Assembly: GCA_965203295.1 (NCBI GenBank)
Contig: CBDBCZ010000016.1
Span: 640,001-704,000 of the forward strand
Direction: 5' to 3'
Length of the DNA stretch: 64,000 nt
Source: Nitrospirales bacterium
GTDB taxonomy: Bacteria; Nitrospirota; Nitrospiria; Nitrospirales; UBA8639
The notes under the pieces are model-generated. The model had not been told where the DNA came from and did not search any database. It saw nothing but the letters and a program-made list of their open reading frames with translations. Position numbers and translations under genes: made by a program. This document shows, piece after piece, positions 40,140-53,700 of the stretch (position 1 is the first letter of the stretch; each line of letters opens with the position of its first letter).

Positions 40140-41693
40140 GGTTACGGGATACTGGCCCGCTTTGACGTAATAGTCTAATGAGTGAACAATGAATATCTTT
40201 GCAACTATAGGCCCTATAGTCATGATCTTTTCAGCATTTATTCATGAATACTAGTTGTGTACTCAGTATAGTCTCGCGGGCCAGACGATTTTTGTTGGGG
40301 GAAGTTACGTCTGGCCACCATAGCCACGTTTCCGTTACGCGTTGGAATGTAGTGCACGTGACGCAGTCATTTTTCACGAGGCAGAACGCAATTATTATGT
40401 GAAGCTAATAGACTCTCGCCTTATAATCACGATATGGACAGTCGGTAGAGATGTGCTTGCTTTGTGAGTCAGCGGTAACGGCGAAGGAACGTCGAAATCT
40501 TCACAGTGAGTCTACAGAGCATGTGCTTCCTATTTTGCTCGAGTTGTCCGGTGCACTTGAGACACCAGCGACGGAAACCGTCTTTTATTTTAAAACTTAT
40601 TACTCGTTCCTGGTTCGGCCGAAGCATAGCTAACTCGCTGACACTTTTTTCTCGATAACATCTCGTTTGAAAAGGACAGACTGTCATGTGACTAATACGT
40701 AAGAGCTATGTAGTAATTGAACGCTCTGCAATCTGATTGGTGTCGCCCACATTCCGGCGACGTTTGCAAAAACGTGGCAAACGTGACCAGACGTACTTTA
40801 ATCGTCTGGCCCGCGAGACTATACTCAGTACAGAAAGCTTGTCTGTGAGCCCCTCCCTTGTTTAGATAGCGGTAATGAAGTTTCAGCTGTTCACAATAAT
40901 TTTTCTCGCCAAAAATCGCTGAAGCCACTGCCTTTACTAAGCCACTACAGCTCTCTAAGGATTCCTCACTATATTCACGAGGGACTGACGAAGGCTTTTG
41001 AAGCAATTATCTATATCAACAGAATGGCAAGTCAATAAGTATGGCTCTGAGCGCTCTGGACCCAACTTTCTTAGGTTTAAGAGGCTATATCTCCTGTATC
41101 AGAGAGAAACTACAAAAAAAGCCTCTGTCAGTCCCTCGTGAATATAGTGAGGAATCCTTAGAGAGCTGTAGTGGCCTAGTAACAGCAGTGGCTTCAGCGA
41201 TTTTTGGCGAGAAAAATTATTGTGAACAGCTGAAACTTCCATTACCGCTATCTAAACAAGGGAGGGGCTCACAGACAAGCTTTCTGTACTGAGTACACAA
41301 CTAGTAGCCATGAATAAATGCTGAAAAGATCGTGGCTATAGGCCTTTATACCACATTACATCATCTACAATAAAAATGATTGGCTAAAAAGTGTGGGTTA
41401 CATAGCTTCATAACCCACACTTTTTATCAGTTCGCTACGTTGCTACGCAGCGAAGATTGTACGCATGCGCAACGTGGTATAAGTGAGATAGACCACACCC
41501 ACTCGTGTGTTATGCGCTATAACCCACTTGTTTGCATTTATCCCTCGGCTTCGCCTCGGGATAACCGCAAACTCGTGGGTTATATAGGCGCATAACCCAC
41601 TCTTTGGCGTGGTCTATCCTATACATAGTTGCAAAGATATTCATCGTTCACTCACTAGACTATTAAATCAAAGCGGGTCAGTATCCCGTAACC
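40140..41693. mobile_element. Long-TIR non-autonomous DNA transposon with TTAA TSD (Kolobok-like), carrying two nested inserts
   Basis: TTAA|GGTTACGGGATAC...GTATCCCGTAACC|TTAA; arms explain the mirror ORFs 40692-41006(-) and 41041-41292(+). Confidence 0.8.
40269..40822. mobile_element. AcademH-type MITE nested in the Kolobok-like element
   Basis: TAGTCTCGCGGGCCAGACGATT/AATCGTCTGGCCCGCGAGACTA; perfect 9-bp TSD TACTCAGTA. Confidence 0.85.
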
Positions 41694-42233
41694 TTAAGCC
41701 GCTTTGAAATATTTGGACCCACAGGGGCTTAAATATTCATATATCCCACTCACCCTTGTTACTTAGGTTACTAGGAGTCATTATGAGTCATATTGACTTC
41801 CCTTTGGGTAAAAGTCTGGTATGACTCATACCGACTTCCCTTAGGGTATTAAACAATTTCATCCAATCAGACTATCATGCATATAGCTACTGCTATGTGT
41901 AGCTGTACTTTACATGCATACATTCAGGCACAATATTATACATTCTGGCTTTATAATGGAGAAGCTGAGGCCGCTAAAACGCTGAGGTAGGAGGGGCTGC
42001 TTCAAAGAAGCGGATGGGAGGGGTTCAATACTGTCTTCCGGGGGGAGGAGCTCTGAATTAACCCCTGGACAGGCGGTCCAATCGCACATACCGAGGCAAG
42101 ACGGCGAGTAAGGACAAACGGCCTCAGCTTCTTCCATTAATTTTAAACCCAGAATGGGAATCGTTGCTACGTGCTAGCGTTGCTATAGTTCGTGGCCGCC
42201 ATGGACTGACCAATCAGATGGGATATATAACAC

Positions 42234-42346
42234 TTATAGTACAGTTGTTAGGGATTTATGGCTACGTAAACAAACCTCGTCCTCGGGCTATCGCCCTCGG
42301 ATTCGGTTCGTTTACTGCCATAAATCCCTGACTACTGTACTATAAC
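42234..42346. repeat. Short palindromic element
   Basis: TTATAGTACAGTTGTTAGGGATTTATGGC...GCCATAAATCCCTGACTACTGTACTATAA. Confidence 0.75.
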
Positions 42347-43925
42347 TATAACTTAAGGAGTCCATAATTATTGTCATTGAATAAGTTCCGGGGGTCCAGA
42401 ACATTATTCGTTCAAGGGGTCCGTATATTTTTGGTTCCGGGGGGTCCACTTTAGGGGGTCCATTTTTACCGTGACAAGGTCCCCCGGATATACATATACC
42501 GGGTGCGGACTTGTTCCCCCAGATGCACACGGGTTCGCGAGTCGATTGCTAGTGTAGTTAACTAGTCTTTCAAGAATATTTTGAAGTTGCCCAGAATCAT
42601 AAGAAGTTGCAGCACCGTACATCACTAGATTCAGGGGTGAGTTTATGTGATCCAGTTACATAGTCTTGCAAGCCAGACTCACTAGGGGGAGGAGTAAGCG
42701 AAGCCCGCGTATCTTTCGACCGCTGCTCGTCCGATAGAGCGAGCAGTAGGCTGGGCTAGGCTTGTCCACGCTACACTGAATAATTATGCTTCTATTCCTC
42801 TATTTTACCCTTCAATTCCTCAGTAAGCTTATACTAGATAATTGGGAAAGCTTTGGCACTGCATGTGCAGGATGCACAATTAAAAAGTGTATTGGTGTTA
42901 TATTATTGTAAAAAGCTTCAGCGTAGTCTTCCGGGTACTGTTGCTGGTAGATTGTTGAAAGAATTAAGCTAGCTAGGTTATTATAGTCACAGCACAGATA
43001 ATCTATTATCTATGGTCACAGGAATATTTTCACAGTTTTATCTTTATTTATGCTGGCATAATTACTCTATTCCAGGCCACACCTATTATGCTCAATTTAT
43101 GCTATGTGAATTGGTAGATTGTGATGCGATAAAAGCCAACTAAAGGGCACCTAAATGGCGTGAGAATTATTTTTGCGCTCTTTGCCATCGGACATCCCAG
43201 CCCTGCATTGTAGCTACAGGTCATGCATGCAGTAGCTGGAAAGAATATACAAGGGGAGAGCTATATTCCACACATATAAAAGGTCACATATGATTTCTCA
43301 AAACCTGTTAGCATGGTATAGTCAGAAGGGTGCATAACTGAGATCCCTATCATCAGCTAGAGATCTCCATTCCAGTGACATCATTGAACTGCTCTACATG
43401 TTCAATTTCAGCTACATGTATGCATAAAAGTATTGGTATTGTTGTGCTATCCACTGTTATTGTTGTTTCTTTTTGCTACTTTTTGCTGTGGTGAATATCC
43501 CATATCACGTGCACCAGCCTCTGTCCAGTCTTGCATAATCCGGGAGGAGTTGATACCGCATTACCATTCGGAATGGCCTCTCTACTTGGGCTTATGAGTG
43601 CATGCTGTTTGCTATCTTGTATACTAGACCAAGAGAACATGTGTAGCAACACAGTAATGAGTATGCTGGTTCTCACAGACTGTAAATCATTGTGTTGGGA
43701 TGAGCTATAGTCACATTTGGATGTATATACCATGCTCTTGCTTCAACATACTTGAATACCTTGGGAGCAATTCAAAATCTTGTGTAATATTGCATGTTTG
43801 TTTTCTTTTCCCGTGTTCAGATGGATAATTAATTCTGTCTCTCCTGTTGCACTTATCTTCCACATTCTGATCCATGAAAAAGGCTTAGATGTACAAAGTA
43901 ATTCTGTTTGGTTCCTTGAGATGCC

Positions 43926-44063
43926 TAGCCTCGAACCACGCAGATTTTTTCACGGCTGCGCAAAAATCTGCGTGGAAGGCCTGGGTTCGAGGCTATGAGA
44001 TGCCTAGCCTCGGTCCGTACTGCAAGCGACGAAAAGCTGGATGAGAGCCTGGGACCGAGGCTA
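43926..44063. mobile_element. Two different short AcademH-type MITEs side by side at one target site
   Basis: Elements 43926-43995 and 44005-44063, delimited by three copies of TGAGATGCC. Confidence 0.85.
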
Positions 44064-44084
44064 TGAGATGCCTGCACTGGAGTT

Positions 44085-44990
44085 GTTTTTATGAGCCTAA
44101 GGCCAGAGTTTGGAACTTCTCCCAACACACCTCTTAGTCCAGTAATCTGATGACTTTCAGAATGTGGTCAAACTATGATAACCACCAGCTGCAGGTCCAC
44201 ATCACAAGAGAGCCTGCCAGTAATGAATCTAATTTATGATTGTGGGATATACACTGTAGCCATATGTACTTTGACTTAGGCCAAGTGAAACTTCATGTAC
44301 ATGTTCAGTGGAAATAACTACGTAAGACTATCTGTGCCTAATACAATATTCAATATAAGAATGCATCTTTAGAGCATTGTGCTTGTCTTGGCCCCAGACC
44401 CCATTTTTGTGGGTGCAGGGAGGGTCTGGGGCCGCGACTAGCTTTGTGTGTGTTCTTTTCTAGCACATACAAAAAGCTTACATGTACAAACTCGGTATAA
44501 TTTCATCCTGTTTAATTCTGTTATGTTTCTTGAAATATCTGATAGCGGTTGTTTATGTGAGCCTGAGGCCCACTTTTTTTTTGCTTTGGGAAAAAGAAAT
44601 AGGTAGCAGCCAGCTAGCCTATGTTATTGGAACTTCTCCCAACACACCTGTTAGTCTAGTAATCTGATGACTTTCAGTATTATGATAGCAATGTAGACTA
44701 CCAGCTGCTATCTGCATCACAAGAGAGCCTGCCATAATGAATCTATTTTATGATTGTGAGATACTAGGACTGATTAGCCTCGTTCCCAGGCTCTGCAAGC
44801 GACAAAAGCTGTGTGGAGGCCTGGGAAGAGGCCTGGGAACGAGGCTAAGGACTGATATCAATCAGACATACATGTACATGTAATTGAAGGAAGATTTTAT
44901 GTACTTTGACTGTGGCCTCATAAATTCAGTGGGAAGTTAACTAAGAATACGTGTGCCTAATACAATATTCAATGCGAGAATATAGTTGTG
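44085..44990. repeat. Diverged direct duplication (~280 bp) upstream of the second gene
   Basis: TTGGAACTTCTCCCAACACACC...GTGCCTAATACAATATTCAAT at about 44110-44355 and 44627-44973. Confidence 0.7.
44775..44847. mobile_element. Short AcademH-type MITE
   Basis: TAGCCTCGTTCCCAGG/CCTGGGAACGAGGCTA with 9-bp TSD AGGACTGAT. Confidence 0.85.
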
Positions 44991-45107
44991 CTTTAACACT
45001 TCATTTTATGAGAATGCGTAATATAAAATGTTTTGTAAAACATATTGTTTGACTGCTCTCTACCTTTTGAGCAATGTACACATTCGTTACTTTCACGTAG
45101 CTAAACC

Positions 45108-46319
45108 ATGTCCGAGGGCAAGCCCTCTGGTGCTGACCAGTCCACCTCTAACGGTGGGGGTGGAGGGGACCCAGGAGGTGGGAGTGGTCAATGGGATCCT
45201 TTTGAAAATGGTGAGTAACTCACTCCTATACATTACGACAGTCTCACTTATGTCTCATTATAATTGACTACACAGGACTTCAGTTACGTTTGAAAGACCA
45301 AGAACAACCTCTTCAAAGGTTCACGTACGCCTGGGCTCCAGCTACTCGTGTACCGCGGTCGATAAACTGGACCAATATCACAGCAGAAGATGTCCAGTAT
45401 GACCACATCAGATGCCACACTCTGCAGCAAGGAGAAGATTTGCCTTTGCTTGTTGCAGCACTTGATACCGATTCACATTCAAGGGCTCTGATTCTCATTA
45501 ACGTTGAAAACAACTATCGCATTGGCCCTATATTTTTAACAGCTGAAAGTCGTTACAATATCCCCATTGTAGTAATTACAGCTGACGATGGAAATGTACT
45601 AACAGCTCTTCTAGAGCAGCACCCGATGGGCATTGAAGCAAGAGTGACTACAGAGCCAGGTGAACCAGCCCGGCCCCAGCCACAGCCCGAAACCCAGCCC
45701 CAGCCTCCACAGCCCGAAACCCAGCCCCAGCCCCAGTCCCAGCCACAGCCCCAGCCTCAGCCCCAGCCACAGCTCGAAACCCAGCCCCAGCCCCAGCCAC
45801 AGCCACAGCCCCAGCCACAGCCCCAGTCCCAGTCCCAGTCCCAGTCCCAGCCCCAGCCCGAGCCTCAGCCCGAGCTCCAGTCCCAGTCCCAGTCCCAGCC
45901 GCAGTCCGAAACCCAGCCAGAGCCCCAGCCCGAGCCTCAGCCCGAGCCCCAGTCCCAGTCCCAGTCCCAGCCGCAGTCCGAAACCCAGCCAGAGCCCCAG
46001 CCCGAGCCTCAGCCTGAGCCCCAGTCCCAGCCCCAGTCCCAGCCGCAGTCCGAAACCCAGCCTGAGCCCCAGCCCGAGCCTCAGCCTGAGCCCCAACCTG
46101 AGCCCCAGCCTGAACCCCAGCCCGAGCCGCAGTCTGAAACCCAGCCCGAGCCCCAGTCCCAGCCCCAGCCAGAGCCCGAGCCGCAGTCCCAGCCCGAGAC
46201 CCAGCCAGAGTCCCAGCCCGAGACCCAGCCGCAGCCAGAGCCCCAGTCCCAGCCCGAGACCCAGCCGCAGCTCCAGTCCCAGCCCCAGGCTATTGCTGAT
46301 TCGCACTCAACTACAAATG
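45108..46319 (+). CDS. 5' exons of a paralogous gene: short first exon, then PA-like domain plus Pro/Gln/Glu-rich repeat
   Basis: ATG 45108, exon 45108-45210 ([11 protein letters not shown]...WDPFEN|G), 65-nt GT-AG intron, exon 45276-46319 ([22 protein letters not shown]...HIRC...EDLP...ALILIN...IPIVVI) aligns with exon 1359-1763 and has the same intron phases. Confidence 0.85.
45672..46288 (+). repeat. Coding low-complexity (CAGCCC/GAGCCC/CAGTCC)n repeat encoding about 200 aa of QP/EP/QS dipeptides
   Basis: Open frame through the repeat within ORF 45290-46363. Confidence 0.9.
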
Positions 46320-47298
46320 GTATGTTGCCTATACTTGAACATGTTTGCTGCATGTCCTGTTAGACCCTAAAAGATGCACATACGAGACCCAGCCGCAGCT
46401 CCAGTCCCAGCCCCAGGCTATTGCTGATTCGCATTCAACTACAAATGGCATGTTGCCTATACTTGAACATGTTTGCTGTATGTCCGGTTAGGCCCTAAAA
46501 GATGCACATACTTGCCATAGGCAACATCCAGTCTACCCCACCCACTCTACATCACCACGCATACTATTCTAATGCAGGGCATTGTGGGGGAGCCTGAGTG
46601 ACTATCGTAGGACATTACATCATCAAAAGGGGGTTGCTGAGGAAGGGCTTAGAGAGCAGCAAAAGCTGACCATAAGCTATGGTTCATGTGATACTTTGGG
46701 TGACTATTAATTTTAGCGTAATTTAGTGGATTGGAAAAAATCGCTAATATTTGAACCCGTAAAAATGATGATTTGTATGTGAGCAAGCTTTGCGTGCTGG
46801 GTTTACGTATGCACATATGCATAATCGCACAAAATATAATAGCCTCGTTTCCAGGCTCCACTCCCCACCTTTATATTGCACCATGTGTAAAGGCCGGGAA
46901 GGAGGTGACCCTGGACTCTGGACTCTGGACTCTAGACTAGTGGAACAGCTGGCTCTGTAAAGCGCGAAAGACTCGTATACCACGTGCTCATGTATTATTG
47001 TGTAAAGCATAGGATATTATAGTGCTAGGGTAATATCTGGCTTGTACCATGCCTACAAAGACCAGTAAAGGTCCAAAGGCGGCCTAACTGTCAACTGTCT
47101 CGTAGTCTTGTATGCTGAGCCCCTGCAGCCATTTCTTCCTTTCGTCTACAGTTTTAGTAGATAATCTTTCACACTGCAAAGTTCTCATCTGCTGCCTGGC
47201 TTTCCTCCTATGCTATAGCAGGTTCAGTGTCCCTTTTCTCAGCAGCCCTTGATATGGTGCCTGGCCCTGTCCCTACCTCTCCAGTTCCATATCTTTGA

Positions 47299-50200
47299 AG
47301 CATTTAGCTAATTATGCTGGTCTCTCTATAATAACAAACCTTGCCTACGATAAGCCGGCATGTTCTCACCTAGTTTGGCTTCTTGGTTTCTGTACGGCCT
47401 ACGTTTGAGGCTCTCTACTACATGTACCCCTTGATTGTCGCTATGAGTATGGATGGACATGCCAGTCCACTCCAGCCCCCACATAGCTGCTGCTACCACT
47501 ATTATATAGGAATATCCTTTACCAAGACGATGAGGTGGAATGATGTTGCATTCCAGTGGATTTGAAACCAGCTGGTACCATGAAATGCTCCACAGCCTCA
47601 TGATCCTGAGGCATCTGACGTCACCTTGAGCTCTTGGTACCTGCAGGCAACAGTAGGGATACTCCGCTCCATTGATTGGCAGAGTGGTATCACCACCCTA
47701 AATCAGACCTGAAGACCACGCTGAGGCGAATGTGGTCCTGTGATTTCTTTCCAACGATGGAAAGATCAATTATCCACCTTATGAAGGTGCATCCAGGGCA
47801 GATTACTTTGGCTGCATGTTGTAGTGTACCAATTGGGGACGTGATGTCCCTTTTCCGGCAGACTTCTCAGTGCTGCCATTCTGCCACACATTCGCAGAGA
47901 CACTAAAGTTTTTTGAGGGGTAGCCTGACTTCTCAGGCCCGTTGGAAGCTGTCGAGGGGTGGAGCGGCCATTGGGCATGATGTCAGAGGCCGCGCAGCGG
48001 ATGAGAGTGGCGCGCGAAGTACGGAAAAAAATTTGAGACTTAATTTTCAGCTGTAAAGAAGCTGCTCTCGCAGCATCTCGCTACATTGAAGGTCATGCAC
48101 TAACTTTACATAAAAAAAACTCCATACAGGCCGAGATCAAGCATACAGCCAGCTCATAGTGTCGCAGGCCACACCTCATTCGCACGCTGCATGCGAGTAT
48201 GTGGTGCCGTGGCATGCGAAAGTTCAAACGCCTACGAAAAAAAAAAAACGGCATGAAAAGCGGGGCGGTCTGAGCCGCCCCAGCTGCCCCGCTTCTGACG
48301 GCCCTGCTTCTGACTGGATAGTAATATTTTCACGAATGGATCAGCTGCTTAAATTGGCTCTTCCCTTTTGTCCAGTTGTATATGAACCCCGATCTCCTCC
48401 ATCGTCGTCTTGTGGCCATGCTGTTTGCACACTCATCCATGCCAGGTTGCCACGGCTCGATGAAATTATGGACATACGTAGTGGAATATGTGCTCCACTC
48501 CACGTCGTCTGATTACCCATTCCAACCCATCTGCCCAGGGCTGTGTAAATCACTGGGGCTAAGCGTAGGCCAAATGGGAGGATTTTTGTCGGGCATAGAA
48601 TGTGTCATCCTAGTGCTTCCCTAGGAGGAGCCTGTCCTCGGGTGGACTGGAACCGATCTATATGCCTCTTTGACGTCCATTTGTGCCCCTATACCCAGAG
48701 TGAGGGTGGCTGTAGTGACTTCATCCGTTGACATGTATGATAAGGAACATAATTAACTCCTTGGTAATGCCATTATTCATGCTGTGGGCAGGCAGGTTCA
48801 CTATCAACCTCCACTTCCCTGGCTTATGTTTCTTTGGGACCACCCCTAAGAGGCTGCAGTCAAGGGGAGGGAGTGATGAAGCCTCCTTGACATGGACTAT
48901 CCATTCGTTCCAGCTCTACCCCCTTTAAGCATATCACCACCTGAGATACAGATCTTGAGGCTGTTTCAGACTGCCAAGCTCGCTGTAGTTAAAGCCAATG
49001 CAGAATCCGACTTGATTCCTTTCACCAGATACTCTGCGAAGAGCCTGTCTGCACGGTCTTGGAGCATAGCTTCCCAGTTGAGGGAATTAGGGTGGAGGTT
49101 ATTTGGGTAATCTGGACCAGAAAGATTTATTGAAGTTCTGGGTCTGTTTGTCTCTCTCCAGATAGAGAGTTGAGTTGTGTATGGGTAAGGACTCCATGTA
49201 CAATCTGGGGTGTACATGTTGTGTTCTGGTGGAGGCCCTGCAGCATAGGAATGAGACCTATCTGAACTGCTGCCCTGATTGTTGGAACATTTGTGTGCTT
49301 GTACTTGTAATAACATTTTGATAAGGTCCATGTCCACATCCACAGTGTGCTCTAATGAGTTGTAACACTCATGCATGACTTAGACTGTATGTAGTATAAG
49401 ACTGATTAGTAAGGTGATATAAATGGGGGAATGCTAAACATGCCTCCTATGGCACTTAACAGAGTGGTGACAGTGCTACCCATGCAATCATTAGTAGGCT
49501 TTACCCGTCATAGATCGTCATGGTAATAATCTTGCATGTGTTGATGTTGAAGAATTCATCATGGTTCCTCGGGCCGGCTCTTTCCGCCATGCAGCATTGT
49601 ATGGTTTGGGGGTGCCATTCTTTTAATTAGCACTTATACGCAGGGTAATCCCCATGAAAGAGGTGGCATTCATGGTTATAGCAACATCTTTTGCTGTACT
49701 TGCACTAGTCTCGGCCCCAGACCCTCCCTGCACTCATAAAAGAAAAACGGAAGGAAAGTGCCAGAAGAGGATCTGGTGCAGTTGATACAGAAGGCCTCCA
49801 TGGGATGTAGCTTTTATGGCTTACTGTGGGTGAGATAATTGAGGCGGGAAGTTCCAAAGTTAAGTGAGTGCTAAAAAACTAGTGTAAACAGTGCAAAGCT
49901 ATATCTACAGCAGTGCAAGAGAAATGGGAAGCGTGAATATTCCAAACGTCATTAGTTCCCAATCAACCAATCAGATTCAACCCTCTGACTGCATATTATT
50001 CTGTATCAACTGCACCAGACCCTCTTCCGCACTTTCCTTCCGTTTTTTTTTTTTTGCGAGAGCAGGGAGGGTCTGGGGCCGAGACTATACTTGCACCAGC
50101 CTTCCCTGTGAGGTTATTGAAGGTACTTTCTCTTTGGATGGGGCTGCAACGAGAGTGAGAAGGTCTTTGCCTGCTTTGGAGCTGGGGGGGGGGGGAGGGC

Positions 50201-50480
50201 GGCATACGGACATTGCCCTGTAGCATGGTTGAGTGACTGGTGCCCTTTTCACCACATCTGTGTTTTTAGTTGTCCTGTGATGCATAGGGCGAAGAGGCGG
50301 GGGTCTGATTTGGCCCATTGCTCTGACCCGAAAGCGGCAGCTTCTTGACGGAAGTTTTAATCGTAGATTATCCATGACGGCATCTTTGGCTTGCCCAGGT
50401 AATTTGGACCATGTAAGCCAGTAGGTTGGGTGTCCTCTCCGGGGATTGCTTGGTTTCTACAGCCTTGTAAAGCATTGTAA
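47299..50480 (-). mobile_element. Decayed DIRS-type (tyrosine-recombinase class) retrotransposon, copy A
   Basis: Minus-strand fragments: WEAML..R.DR.FAEYLVKGI, KPGKWRLIVNL, IVVAAAMWG.EW.G..I..HSDNQ and HIRLSVVFRSDLGWW (DIRS RNase H-like); many frameshifts; no recombinase seen. Confidence 0.7.
49706..50087. mobile_element. AcademH-type MITE inside DIRS copy A
   Basis: TAGTCTCGGCCCCAGACCCTCCCTGC/GCAGGGAGGGTCTGGGGCCGAGACTA; 9-bp TSD TACTTGCAC; empty site in copy B at about 52701-52709. Confidence 0.9.
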
Positions 50481-50700
50481 ATCATGGCTACCTGCATGTT
50501 AATACATGATCACACAAACAGCTGCTAGACCACACAGGCAAGCTAGCACTGTAGCCTAGTTACCATAGGCTACATGCAGCTGTGCAAGCGAACAGCACCG
50601 ACTCCATTTAATGCACATCGACGTGGTTAGCCTAGCATAGCAGTTATAGCACAGCTTGGCTTTCCCTTACATGACTATACTGCAACTAACCTTTGTGATA

Positions 50701-53700
50701 AGCATTTAGTTAATTATGCTGGTCTCTGTATAATAACAGACCTTGCCTACGATAAGCCGGCTCATGTTCTCACCTAGTTTGGCATGAAAAGTGCCCCAGC
50801 CGCCCCGCTTCCGACGGCCCTGCTTCCGACGGCCCTGCTTCTGACTGGTTGGTAATATTTCAGGAATGGATCAGCTGCTTGGGAAGGCCTTCCCTTTTGT
50901 CCAGTTGTATATGAACCCCGAGCTCTTCCATCGTCTTCATGCTTGTGGCCATGCTATTTGCACACTCATCCATGCCAGGTTGCCACGGCACGATGAAATC
51001 ACTGACATAGTGGAATATGTGCTCCACTCCACCTCGTCTGACTCCCCATTCCAACCCATCTGCCCAGGGCTGTGAATATCACTGGGGCTAAGCGTACACT
51101 GGGAGGGTTTTTGTCGGGATTGAGCGTGTTATGCTAGTGCATCCCCAGGAGGAGCCTGTCCTCTGGGTGGAATGGAACCGATCTATATGCCTCTTTGACG
51201 TCTATTTTTGCCATCATATTGCCCCTACCCAGTGTGAGGATGGCTGTACATGTGGTGACTTCATTGATTGACATGTATGATAAGGAACATAATTAACTCC
51301 TCGGTAATGGCATTATTCACGCTGTGGGCAGACAGGTTCACTATCAACCTCCACTTCCCTGGCTTATGTTTCTTAGGGACTGCAGTCAAGGGGAGGGAGT
51401 GTTGAAGCCTCCTTGACATGAACTATCCACCCCCTTTAAACATTCATCACCTCTGTGTTCTGAGATACTGATCTTATGGCTGTTTCAGATTGCCAAGCTC
51501 GCTATAGTTAAAGCCAATGCAGAATCCTGACTTGATTCCTTTCACCAGATACTCTGCGAAGAGCCTGTCTGGATGGTCTTGGAGCATAGCTGGAGGGAAT
51601 TAGGGTGGAGGTTGTTTTGCATGGTAACCAGACCAGGGAGATTTATTGCAGTTCTGGGTCTGTTTGTCTCTATTGAGCTGTGCATGGGTAAGGACTCCAT
51701 GTACAATCTGGGGTGTACATGTTGTGTTCTGGTGGAGGCCCTGCAGCATAGGAATGAGACCCATCTGAACTGCTGCCCTGATTGTTAGAACGTTTGTAGG
51801 CATGGAAAATTATGCCGGAAAAATAAGCGGCATACCAGGTCCACGTAAGAATCGAGCATAATTCCGGCATAATAGGCCAAAATAATGTATACGGTCTTAG
51901 TCTTACTTGAACAGGTTTTTTCCTAATTCTTTTCGAAGCCAGCAGGATAACTGTACTGTCTGTATGATTACATTGAAGCAATTAACAACCAGCAAATTAG
52001 AATAAGGCTTTGGCCGTATTTGCATTGGTGCATATTCTAACTGTTTTTTGTCTTGTTTGTGATGTCATGTCAGTCACGCAGCTGAGCATAATGGAGCATA
52101 ATGGGAATAAATTGAAAGAAAAATTAGTTGGGTTTGCAAGCATTGAAGAAAAGCATAATGGGGTAGGTTTTGAGCATAATTTCCTCATGCCTAAACGTTT
52201 GTGTGCTTGTAATAACATTTTGATAAGGTCCATGTCCACATCCACAGTGTACCATGTGTGCTCTAATGAGTTGTAACACTCAAACATTTGTGTGCTTGTA
52301 ATAACATTTTGATAAGGTCCATGTCCACATCCACACTTCCACAGTGTACCAGGTGTGCTCTAATGAGTTGTAACACTCATGCATGACTTAGACTGTATGT
52401 AGTATAAGACTGATTAGTAAGGTGATATAAATGGGGGAATGCTAAACATGCCTCCTATGGCACTTAACAGAGTGGTGACAGTGCTACCCATGCAATCATT
52501 GGTAGGCTTTACCCGTCATAGATCATCATGGTAATAATCTTGCATGTGTTGATGTTGAAGAATTCATCATGGTTCCTCGGGCCGGCTCTTTCCGCCATGC
52601 AGCATTGTATGGTTTGGGGGTGCCATTCTTTTAGCACTTATACGCAGGGTGAACCCCATGAAAGAGGTGGCATTCATGGTTATAGCGACATCTTTTGCCG
52701 CACTTGCACCATCCATCCCTGTGAGGTTATTGAAGGTACTTTCTCTTTGGATGGGGCTGCAACGAGAGTGAGAAGGTCTTTGCCAGCCGGGGGGAGGGGG
52801 CATACGGACATTGCACTGTAGCATGGTTGAGTGACTGGTGCCCTTTGCACCATATCTGTGTTTTTAGTTGCCCTGTGATGCATAGGGCAAAGAGGCGGGG
52901 GTCTGATTGGGCCCATTGCTTTGACCCGAATGTGGCAGATTCTTGACGGAAGTTTTAATCTTAGATTATCCATGACGGCATCTTTGGCTTGCCCAGGTAA
53001 TTTGGACCATGTAAGCCCGCAGGTTGGGTGTCCTCTCCGGGGATTGCTTGGTTTCTACAGCCTTGTAAAGCATTGAGCTCACGTTGCTATATTGGGGATT
53101 AGTTTCTTCTGCTGTATGAGGTCTGCAGTTGAACCCCTATGATGTTACCCTCCGTGGCCGGGATTTGTTCGACTTTGTCCTTGGCCGGTGGAAGGTCTAC
53201 GAAGTCTATGTATAATCTCCTGCAGTGATTCTGTCTGCCATCTCTCTTGAGATTGGTGGGGTCCCTGGACTAATTGGAAACAGGGTTGGAGAGTTACGGC
53301 CCAAGTCTGCAATCCCTGAGCTCATAATTCAGTTTAAAGTGTGATCTGCCTGGCTGTGTATCAGCAGGGGTGGACTTGGAAGCCACGGATACCCCCGGGG
53401 ATGGCATTGAGTGGTGGGATTTCACCCAGTTGTATTCCTGGGGGAGACTTGTGTTGATGCACAGCATCTATAGGAATAGCTGGGGTGGATGGGTGGGGGA
53501 GCGGGATGGGTTGGGGTGGGAGGAGGAAAGAAGGAGAGGTATCTGCCCATATTGCTGATCCTTTTTCCCATTTAGGATTGGCACCGGCCTGAGGGGTTTT
53601 GTTCCATATATATAAGCCTCCGCTGTTGGCTTGTGTTTTTGTGGCCTTTTGGCCTTTTCCACTTGACCTTACGACCTTTGGCCATAATGGGCTTAGTGGT

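Noticed and set aside
40692..41292. Two near-identical ORFs on opposite strands
   Set aside because: Explained by the inverted arms of the TTAA-flanked element
45611..46370. Alternative-frame and antisense ORFs (LG-, SP-, WG-rich)
   Set aside because: By-products of the hexamer repeat; only the QP/EP frame is continuous with the PA-like domain
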